DNA from: an uncultured Bacteroidales bacterium | GTDB lineage: Bacteria; Bacteroidota; Bacteroidia; Bacteroidales; GCA-2748055 | Direction: 5' to 3' | Assembly: GCA_963792395.1 (NCBI GenBank) | Contig: CAWBWE010000014.1 | Location: 229,912 to 293,911, forward strand | DNA length: 64,000 nucleotides | Shown: positions 43,103-51,337 of the stretch, piece by piece | How positions within the stretch are numbered: position 1 is the first letter of the stretch | Layout: each line of letters begins with the position of its first letter | The notes under the pieces: model-generated | What the model was told of the DNA's origin: nothing | What the model saw: the letters and a program-made list of their open reading frames with translations, nothing else | Database searches by the model: none | Program-made: the position numbers and the translations under genes

Positions 43103-44368
43103 ATGCTAGTATTCAAATTTGGAGGGGCCTCTGTGAAGAGCGCCGCGGCAGTTAAAAATATAGTGGAGATTCTCCAGCGATACCAGAAGGAGCAGATTGT
43201 GGTGGTGGTATCCGCCATGGGAAAAACCACCAATGCCATTGAACGGATTATTGATCATTATGTAGCCGGGAGGAGTGAAGCGCTGAAAAAGGAGTTCGGT
43301 GACTTGAAATCCTACCACCTGGAGGTGCTCCATGGGCTTTTTGAGAACAAAGGGGAAAAAGTATACGCCGAAGTGGAGGAGCTGTTTGGGAACATGGCCG
43401 ACAGACTGGCAAAAAAGCCAACCCTCAATTACGATTTTGACTATGATCAGCTAATCTGCTTCGGAGAGCTGCTCTCCACCACTATCATCGGTCATTTTCT
43501 GAACAGTGCGAAAGTTCCGACCCGCTGGATAGATATCCGTCGTTCCCTTAAAACAGACAATACCTGGCGCGAGGCCAGGGTTGACTGGGAACTGTCGGAT
43601 CAGCTGGTGAACGAGAATTTTGCATTTAACGGGGAAGACATCCTGATTACCCAGGGTTTCCTGGGCTCCACCATTAACGACCAGACGACCTCACTGGGCA
43701 GAGAGGGATCAGACTATACCGCTGCAATTCTGGCTTACATGCTGAAAGCAGACAGCGTCACCATCTGGAAAGATGTGCCGGGGGTACTGAATGCGGATCC
43801 CAAATATTTTGACGATACCGTCCTGCTCGAAAAACTATCCTACCTGGATGCCATCGAGCTGGCTTATTTTGGTACCGGCGTGATCCATCCCAAGACTATC
43901 AAACCCCTGCAGAACAAGAATATAGACTTGCATGTGAAGTCCTTTTTGGACCCTGATGCACCGGGGACCCTGGTTGGGAATCTCTCCTATAATAAACTGA
44001 CCCCCTCATTTATCTTTAAGATGGACCAGGTGCTGATACGCACCTCTCCCCTGGATTTCTCCTTTATCAACGAGAACAACCTGGAAGAGATCTTCGGGAT
44101 CTTTAGCAAGCATGGACTGAAGATCAACCTGATGCAAAACTCGGCCATCAGTTTTAAGATGATCGTAAATAATGACAAGCGGAAACTGAGGCTTGTTATT
44201 GATGAACTGGAAGAAAAATTTAAGGTAGCCTATCAGACGGGATTAGAGCTGGTAACCATCCGCTACTTTGATCAATCCACCATCGACCGGGTCATGATCA
44301 ATAAGGAGCTGATCATGGAACAGCGGGGAGTTCAGAATATTGAGTTGCTTATTCGCGATTTAGGGTAA
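43103..44368 (+). CDS. Aspartate kinase (with C-terminal ACT domains)
   Basis: Intact 421-aa ORF with the VFKFGGASV N-terminal motif, GREGSDYTAA, and an ACT-like C-terminus. Confidence 0.9.
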   Translation: MLVFKFGGASVKSAAAVKNIVEILQRYQKEQIVVVVSAMGKTTNAIERIIDHYVAGRSEALKKEFGDLKSYHLEVLHGLFENKGEKVYAEVEELFGNMADRLAKKPTLNYDFDYDQLICFGELLSTTIIGHFLNSAKVPTRWIDIRRSLKTDNTWREARVDWELSDQLVNENFAFNGEDILITQGFLGSTINDQTTSLGREGSDYTAAILAYMLKADSVTIWKDVPGVLNADPKYFDDTVLLEKLSYLDAIELAYFGTGVIHPKTIKPLQNKNIDLHVKSFLDPDAPGTLVGNLSYNKLTPSFIFKMDQVLIRTSPLDFSFINENNLEEIFGIFSKHGLKINLMQNSAISFKMIVNNDKRKLRLVIDELEEKFKVAYQTGLELVTIRYFDQSTIDRVMINKELIMEQRGVQNIELLIRDLG

Positions 44369-44442
44369 AACTATTCGTAAAAAAATCCCTCAGCTCTCGG
44401 AAAGATCAGTAAATTTATACGCTTATATCCTATTCGGTGCCA

Positions 44443-47082
44443 ATGAAGTATTTCAAGCCTGCTATTCGTTTGACACTTTTCACTCTTTTTGTTGTAAGTC
44501 AGGGGCTTATTAGTCCATTCTACGCTCAAGTCCTGAACGAAGTTGCCGAACCTGAGCCCTACAGAGGTGCTTATGCCGTCAAGGGAGACCAGTTTGCCAT
44601 CTGGAACGGGTTTAACTATGTCCCGATTTTCATCAAGGGCATCAACCTGGGAGTTTCAGTGCCCGGAACCCAACCCGGACAACTGGCGGCCACCGCAGAG
44701 GATTACCGTCGGTGGTTTGAGCTGATCAAGGAGGCAGGCTACAATACCATCCGCTTATATACCATGCATTATCCCAGGTTCTATGAAGAGTTAAGGTCCT
44801 ATAACCTGGAACATCCCCAAAATCCTTTGCTGGTGATGCATGGGGTCTGGCTGGAGGAGAACGAGTCCGCGGTGGATCTGTATGAGCAGACAGCCTTCTT
44901 CGACAATGAGATCAGGGAAGTGGTGTCCGCTGTCCATGGCGACATCAGCATTGCGCACCGCTTCGGGAAAGCCTACGGCGACTTTACCTCGGATATTTCT
45001 CCCTGGGTCATTGCTTACCTGCCAGGCCGGGAGATATATCCCATAGAGGTTTCCCTGACCAATGAGGCGCACCCCGGGGATATTTCCTATGACGGAGTTT
45101 ATTTCCAGCTTCCGGCAGGTGATCCGGTGGAAGTCTGGCTGGCAGCGAGGCTCGATGGCCTGCTGCAGTATGAAAATGAGCAGTATCACTCTGTCCGGCC
45201 ATGCGGATTTTCATCCTGGCCCACCCTGGATCCGCTGACCCATCCAACAGAAGAAGAGCATGTTGGAAGTACAGAAGACCTGGAGCAGATCGATCTGGCC
45301 AATTTGCTGTTGTCGGAGAATTCGCCGGGCTTTTTCATCGGATACCATGCCTATCCCTACTACCCCGATTTCATCATCCAGGATCCCACCTACCTGGCTG
45401 AATCGGATTCCATCGGGCCCAATAGTTACCTGGGCTATTTAAAAGATTTAAAGGCACATTACCAGGATATCCCGCTGATCATCGCTGAATTCGGCGTGCC
45501 ATCCAGCTGGGGAGCCGCACACCTGGCGCCTTCCGGAATGCACCACGGAGGTATTTCAGAGGAGGAGCAGGGATTTCACAATATCAGGATGTTTGATAAT
45601 ATAGAATTCTCGGGGTGTGCCGGGGGAGTACAGTTTTCCCTGATTGATGAGTGGTTCAAGCAGACCTGGATTACAAACCCTTACTCGGACGCGCAGTATC
45701 GCTATCTGTGGCACAACCTCACAGCTCCGGAACAGAATTTCGGGATACTGGCCTATGCGCCGCCATCGGCTGCCTTTACCGGGACAGCTTCGTTCCCGGA
45801 CAGCTCCATTACCAGTATCCAGGCACATTCCGATTACACTTTTTTCAGAGTGCGCCTTCATATGAAAACAGCTACCTACGCCGAGGACACCCTCTGGGTG
45901 GCATTTGACACCTACGAGACCAACCTGGGCGAGTCGGTACTCCCCAATGGCCATTCCATCGGGATGTCACCTGATACTCTTCGGGCCGAGTTTGCCCTTC
46001 AGATCCCCATGGACGGAGACCTGGCCCAGCTGTATGTGATACCCTCCTATGATGTCTTCGGTGTAAAGGATCTGGACAGGCTGGATACAGTGGTTTCCAG
46101 CTCCAGCGACACGGGACTCTGGAATCCTGTGAAGTGGCAGACCAGCTATTTTTATAACAGTATCCAGTATATCGGGGAACTGAAAATTTCCTCTTCGGAG
46201 GACCCCTACCAGTTTCTGAATGCGGTTACCCTGTTCAATGACAGCGTGGAGATCCGGATCCCCTGGACCCTGCTGAATTTCCCTGCTCCTACGGTGGGAC
46301 GGGCCATGCATTACAGGTCTCATATGGAAGGACCGGACCTGGTCATAGATCAAAGGGATACGCTTACCGACGGTATTGCTGTGACTGTGGTGCTCCGTGA
46401 TGAAGTATATCAAAGCGGGAAATATAACTGGAGTCCCTGGGACTATGAGAAAATCGTCAATGAAGCCCCCGTGGAGCGTAAAAAGCAGTCGTTTCATTAT
46501 ATGAAACAGAGGCTGGCCCAGTTTAATTCCCCGCCCATTGGACGGGCCGATACCTTTCGGGTGATCGCGGGGGAAATACTGGAACCGGGACCTGAATCGG
46601 GATTGCTCCGGAACGATTTTGACATAGATGGAAACGATATGCAGGTCCGTCTCCCCTTTGGAAGCACCACCGAGCACGGGAGCCTCTTTCTCCATCCCGA
46701 TGGTAGTTTTCTATATGATCCCGATCCCGGCTTCATCGGGGATGATTTTTTCATGTATTACCTGGAAGATGGAACTGCCAGCTCGGCACTGGTTCCCGTG
46801 CAGCTAGAGGTGAGATATCCCCTATCTTCCGGGGATGAGCTGCTTTCGGGGGAAAGCTCCATCTATCCCAACCCTGGCAGGGATCGTTTCCATATAAGGA
46901 TTCCGGAGCTTTTCCAGGAGGCACATTTAAGGGTGGTGGATATGCTTGGAAGGGAGATCCTCTTCCGTCAGCTTGAGCAGGCAAGAAGCTGGGTAGAGAT
47001 TCAGAATGCGAAACCAGGAGTTTATCTATTTATATTGTCCATTGACCAAAACATGGAACAACATCGAATCATAATTGAATAA
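44443..47082 (+). CDS. Secreted clan-GH-A-like (beta/alpha)8 glycoside hydrolase/transglycosylase with a cadherin/Ig-like module and a T9SS C-terminal sorting domain
   Basis: The signal peptide reads MKYFKPAIRLTLFTLFVVSQG. TIM-barrel landmarks are GYNTIRLYT, a candidate acid/base in LPGREIYP, and a candidate nucleophile in PLIIAEFGVP. A VCBS/cadherin-like module follows (LLRNDFDIDGNDMQV...GSFLYDPDPGFIGDDFFMYY). The T9SS type-A tail reads SSIYPNPGRDRFHIRI...AKPGVYLFILS. Confidence 0.7.
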   Translation: MKYFKPAIRLTLFTLFVVSQGLISPFYAQVLNEVAEPEPYRGAYAVKGDQFAIWNGFNYVPIFIKGINLGVSVPGTQPGQLAATAEDYRRWFELIKEAGYNTIRLYTMHYPRFYEELRSYNLEHPQNPLLVMHGVWLEENESAVDLYEQTAFFDNEIREVVSAVHGDISIAHRFGKAYGDFTSDISPWVIAYLPGREIYPIEVSLTNEAHPGDISYDGVYFQLPAGDPVEVWLAARLDGLLQYENEQYHSVRPCGFSSWPTLDPLTHPTEEEHVGSTEDLEQIDLANLLLSENSPGFFIGYHAYPYYPDFIIQDPTYLAESDSIGPNSYLGYLKDLKAHYQDIPLIIAEFGVPSSWGAAHLAPSGMHHGGISEEEQGFHNIRMFDNIEFSGCAGGVQFSLIDEWFKQTWITNPYSDAQYRYLWHNLTAPEQNFGILAYAPPSAAFTGTASFPDSSITSIQAHSDYTFFRVRLHMKTATYAEDTLWVAFDTYETNLGESVLPNGHSIGMSPDTLRAEFALQIPMDGDLAQLYVIPSYDVFGVKDLDRLDTVVSSSSDTGLWNPVKWQTSYFYNSIQYIGELKISSSEDPYQFLNAVTLFNDSVEIRIPWTLLNFPAPTVGRAMHYRSHMEGPDLVIDQRDTLTDGIAVTVVLRDEVYQSGKYNWSPWDYEKIVNEAPVERKKQSFHYMKQRLAQFNSPPIGRADTFRVIAGEILEPGPESGLLRNDFDIDGNDMQVRLPFGSTTEHGSLFLHPDGSFLYDPDPGFIGDDFFMYYLEDGTASSALVPVQLEVRYPLSSGDELLSGESSIYPNPGRDRFHIRIPELFQEAHLRVVDMLGREILFRQLEQARSWVEIQNAKPGVYLFILSIDQNMEQHRIIIE

Positions 47083-47106
47083 ATTGCGTAGAAAGGACCA
47101 ATATCC

Positions 47107-47469
47107 ATGAATATCCTTGTGTGTGAAGATAATATAATGACGCTTAGAACCATTGAATTTACCCTGTTGAAGGCGGGTTATAATGTATTCAAGGCCACCG
47201 ATGGATTTCAGGGGATACAGATTCTGGGCAGGGAGAAGGTTGACCTGGTTATCACAGATATCAACATGCCCTATACCAAAGGATTGGAGCTAATACGCCA
47301 TATCAACACAAAGATGGAGGTAAAGATACCCGTGATCGTGGTTACCGGGATTACCAATGCGGAGACCAAAAGGCATGCGGAAGAGCTGGGAGCCAGCGGA
47401 TACCTGACCAAACCTTTTGACCTGAATGTGATTGTGGATATGGTGAATGCCCATTTTAGCAAGAATTGA
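47107..47469 (+). CDS. Single-domain CheY-like response-regulator receiver
   Basis: 120 aa with the acidic pocket VCEDN, the phospho-acceptor Asp in LVITDINMP, the Thr in VVTG, and the Lys in LTKPF. It has no output domain. Confidence 0.9.
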   Translation: MNILVCEDNIMTLRTIEFTLLKAGYNVFKATDGFQGIQILGREKVDLVITDINMPYTKGLELIRHINTKMEVKIPVIVVTGITNAETKRHAEELGASGYLTKPFDLNVIVDMVNAHFSKN

Positions 47470-48650
47470 AACTCGCAATGCGAAGGATATCCCTGATAAG
47501 CGCTTTTATCCTCTTTTCCCTGATTCAACTCTTTGGGCAGGATATATCTTTCCAGGCTGATCCTGAAAGTGAATTTGCCCGTATGCGCGACCTGGCTGTT
47601 GCGGGGGACTACGGTGCTGCCAAGAATATAGGCTACCTTTTGCTGGAGGAGAATGAGAACTATTTTGATGCGGCACTGTACCTGGCCAGGATCCATGGCT
47701 GGGAATCCAGCTTCGATTCCGCCTATCTGGTTCTTGACCGGGTGATTCAAAAAGCTCCGGAACTTTACGAAGCTTATGAGGTCTGTGCGGATCTGGCCTA
47801 CTGGCAGAACAATAAAACCCGGCTTGATTCCTGTGAGCTGCTGGCTGCAGAAATTAAGTACGATTCAGCCGGACTTTTTGAGAAATACCGGGTGGCTTTG
47901 CAGCAGCCGCGCTCCCTGTCCAAAAGTACCGAGCTCTTTGCCCTGTATTCCTACGACCATTTTTCAGTTCCCTACGTGCGTAACTGGCACATGGTAACAG
48001 CCGGGGGGGAGCTTCCATTCAAATATGGGACACTGATCCCCTCCCTGAGCGGAGGGTACTTTGCAGGGAACCTGGCTCAAAACACGGATATTCAGTTGAA
48101 CCTGGATGCCTATCTGACATTAGGGAAAAAAAATTATGCCTTCCTGGGATATGGATTTTCTCCCAATGGGGGGACCAACTTTTTCCCCGGTCACCGCGGA
48201 GCGGCAGAGCTGTGGCAGGTTTTGCCCAGGGGATTTGCGCTCTCAGCCGGGGTGAGATATTTTTACTGGGACCGGCATTTCACCTTTCTCACCTTATCCG
48301 AGGAGAAATATGCGGGTAATTACTGGTTCTCCTTCAGAAGTTATATTTTTTTCAAAGATTATGGGATCAGTAGCTCCTACTATCTGAGTGCCAGGCGCTA
48401 TTTTAATTCTAAATTCAACCATCTCACCCTGACCCTGGGATATGGGACGGCCCCCGATGAACCCATTCTGGTCCTAACTGACCTGGACCGGCTGAATGCT
48501 ATATCGGGGCGCCTTGCTTTTTCCAAACGGCTTTCTCCAGGTGTTCGGATCCTTACCATGTTTGGCTATGCCTGGGAAGAGTATGCAGACAGGGATTACA
48601 GGCACCGGATAGATATGAGCGTGGGAGCATATTTTGCCATAAAGAAGTGA
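47466..48650 (+). CDS. Outer-membrane protein: N-terminal TPR-like region plus C-terminal YaiO-like beta-barrel
   Basis: The signal peptide reads MRRISLISAFILFSLIQLFGQ (ATG 47478). TPR-like helices span roughly residues 30-150. The rest is Gly/aromatic-rich alternating strands ending ...VGAYFAIKK. The YaiO-family call is from memory and is unverified. The gene overlaps both neighbours by 4 nt. Confidence 0.55.
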   Translation: MKLAMRRISLISAFILFSLIQLFGQDISFQADPESEFARMRDLAVAGDYGAAKNIGYLLLEENENYFDAALYLARIHGWESSFDSAYLVLDRVIQKAPELYEAYEVCADLAYWQNNKTRLDSCELLAAEIKYDSAGLFEKYRVALQQPRSLSKSTELFALYSYDHFSVPYVRNWHMVTAGGELPFKYGTLIPSLSGGYFAGNLAQNTDIQLNLDAYLTLGKKNYAFLGYGFSPNGGTNFFPGHRGAAELWQVLPRGFALSAGVRYFYWDRHFTFLTLSEEKYAGNYWFSFRSYIFFKDYGISSSYYLSARRYFNSKFNHLTLTLGYGTAPDEPILVLTDLDRLNAISGRLAFSKRLSPGVRILTMFGYAWEEYADRDYRHRIDMSVGAYFAIKK

Positions 48651-49909
48651 AGGTAAAGGCAACATATCTGGCTTTGGTGCTGCTGCTGCTGGTTGCAGTC
48701 AGCAGTGGTCCGGATGCCTTTGGCCAGGTGCTGCCTGATTCTCTTTCCCTGGATAGTGCAGCAGTGGAAAGCGGTGAACCGGAATCCGAGCGAACGGAGG
48801 TGCTATCTGTTTACGCCCAGAGAGTGTTGAATCGTTTTGATAAATCGCCCCTCCTGGTTACCATTCTTTATATCGTCATCCTCTACTCGATTGTGACCAT
48901 GATTACTCTCCTGATCATCATCCTGCTTAACAGAAGAAGGATACAACGTGAACAGGAGCTGAAGGGATACCTGCTGGAAAAGTACCAGGAAGCACTGATG
49001 GATTACCTGTTTTATGAGGAGAAACAGGAGGAGGCATTTCAGGAGCTGAACTGGATAGCCAATAACCGGATAAATCGCCAGATTCTGATCGACCAGATGA
49101 TCGACCTGAGCGTGAACCTGAAAGGAGAAATCAGGGAGGTAATCCAGACACTGTACCTCCGGCTGGGCTTAAAAAATGATTCCCTGGAGAAGGCTTACAG
49201 TCGCAAATGGCACAAAAACATCAAGGGATTCCGGGAACTGGCCTTTATGAATATCAAGGATGCCAATAAGCGGATTATCAAGAGCCTGAATTCAAATAAT
49301 AATATCCTGAGAATGGAGGCACAGATTGCCATGGTCAGACTCTCGGAAGAGAATCCTTATGAGTTTCTGCATTTGCTGAAGAAACCTCTTTCACTCTGGG
49401 AACAGGTGACCCTGCATGAGATGCTGATTCAGCATAATCTCAAGGTTCCTGACTTTAAGCAGTGGTTCTCATCATCCAATGTCACCGTAGTAATGTTCGC
49501 ATTGCAGATGGTATCCTGGTATAAGCAGCGGGGAGCAGGAAAGGAGATCCTGGAGCTTTTTAATCATGAAAATGAAAATGTCCGCTACACCTCCTATAAG
49601 ATTTGTGGACAAATCGGACTCAAAATGGCGCTGCCGGCCATGGCTGAGAGATACCCTGAAGAGATCCTTAAGAATAGGCTGGAGATCCTGCGCACCTTTT
49701 CCCAGGTACCCGATGAGAAGTACCTGAAATTTTTGAAATCTGTTCTGGATACGGAAGAGGATGTCCAGTTGCAGATTGAGGCCACGAAGGCCATGGAGAA
49801 TACGGATGAACCCGGAATCTCCATGTTGATCAAGCTGATGAAATCCAAATCGGAATATAAAAATTACCAGATCATCATCCGGCATGTACTGGATGGACGG
49901 ATCTATTAG
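48647..49909 (+). CDS. Bitopic membrane protein with a cytoplasmic HEAT/ARM-like repeat domain
   Basis: It has a signal-like N-terminus, an acidic short segment, and a TM helix (LLVTILYIVILYSIVTMITLLIIILL followed by NRRR). About 300 aa of helical repeats follow (e.g. NENVRYTSYKICGQIGLKMALPAMAE). Confidence 0.6.
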   Translation: MKVKATYLALVLLLLVAVSSGPDAFGQVLPDSLSLDSAAVESGEPESERTEVLSVYAQRVLNRFDKSPLLVTILYIVILYSIVTMITLLIIILLNRRRIQREQELKGYLLEKYQEALMDYLFYEEKQEEAFQELNWIANNRINRQILIDQMIDLSVNLKGEIREVIQTLYLRLGLKNDSLEKAYSRKWHKNIKGFRELAFMNIKDANKRIIKSLNSNNNILRMEAQIAMVRLSEENPYEFLHLLKKPLSLWEQVTLHEMLIQHNLKVPDFKQWFSSSNVTVVMFALQMVSWYKQRGAGKEILELFNHENENVRYTSYKICGQIGLKMALPAMAERYPEEILKNRLEILRTFSQVPDEKYLKFLKSVLDTEEDVQLQIEATKAMENTDEPGISMLIKLMKSKSEYKNYQIIIRHVLDGRIY

Positions 49910-49911
49910 CT

Positions 49912-51334
49912 ATGGATAGAGCCAATGACATATTAAAATATTTTGTGCTGAATGCAGTGTTTATTATTACTACATTGATTTTCACCACTTACCTGGTCCT
50001 GACCATATTTTCTGCAATCACCCTGAGGAAATATCTGAGGAAGAACACTTACGTGGATTATAATTCCATTGTAGCTTCCCCGCTGGCACCTTCTCTTTCG
50101 GTGATTGCGCCGGCTTATAATGAAAGTCGAAACCATTATAGACAATATCCGGACACTGCTTTCGCTCTACTATAACAACTACGAGGTGGTGGTGGTAAAT
50201 GACGGCAGCAGGGACGACTCTCTGGAGAAAATTATTGAGGCCTATGATCTGGAAAAGGTCAACTATTATTTTGACTACCGCTTGCCATGCAAAAGGATCC
50301 GGGGGGTTTATAAGTCCAAGAACCGTTCCTTTAAAAAACTGACTGTTATTGATAAGCGAAATGGAGGGAAAGCCGATTCACTGAATGCCGGACTGAATGT
50401 CTGCAGGAACGATCTGGTGGTAAGTATCGATGCAGATTCTATCATGGAATCGGATGCCTTGCTGAAACTGGTCAAACCCTTTATGGAGGCCAAAGAGAAA
50501 AGGGTTATCGGTGCGGGTGGCGTGATCCGGATTGCCAACTCCTGCGAGATATCAGAAGGGCATATCCAGAAGATTAACCTGCCCAGGAAATTTTTGCCCA
50601 GCGCCCAGGTGATGGAGTATACCCGGGCTTTCCTGATGGGTAGAATGGCCTGGAGTGAATTGGATGGACTGTTGCTTATTTCGGGTGCCCTGGGTATGTT
50701 TGACCGGGAAATTGTGATCGAGTCTGGGGGATACAGTACCGAAACGGTGGGGGAGGATATGGAGCTGGTGGTACGTATCAGGCGGTATATGGCCGATAAA
50801 GGCCTGGACTATGATGTGGTCTATATTCCCGATCCTCTCTGCTGGACGGAAGTCCCTTCCACCGTAAAGGTTCTGGCAAGGCAGCGAAGCCGGTGGACCC
50901 GGGGAACCATGGAGACTCTCTTCAAGCACCGAAAACTCTTCTTCAACAGAAAATATGGCAAACTGGGGATCCTGGGTTATCCTTACTGGCTGGCCTTTGA
51001 GTACCTGGCACCCATCGTCGAGTTCCTGGGGATATGCTGGTTTATCTTCCTGGTGATTACCAATAGCCTGAACTGGCCCTTCTTTCTGCTACTGCTGGGC
51101 TTTGTCTATTTTTTTGCTGTTTCTCTCTCTATCTGGGCGGTATTGTTCGAGGAGATTACCTTTCACAAATATGAGAAACGAAGGGACGTGCTGCGCCTGG
51201 TGGGAACGGCCTTCCTGGAACCCCTGTTTTATCATCCCCTGGTGATGTTGATGACCATTAAAGGGAACATAGACAAGGTCCTGAACCGCAACAAATGGGG
51301 CAAAATGGAACGGAAAGGTTTCGGGGAAAACTGA
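49912..51334 (+). pseudogene. Processive family-2 glycosyltransferase (PgaC/BcsA/CrdS/NodC-like synthase), one frame break at the A-run 50123-50125
   Basis: It has an N-terminal TM helix and the motifs SVIAPAYNE | VETIIDNIR...VVVVNDGS, SIDADS, GEDMEL and QRSRW (QxxRW), followed by 3-4 C-terminal TM helices. ORF pieces are 49912-50175 and 50105-51334. Confidence 0.85.
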
Positions 51335-51337
51335 TAC

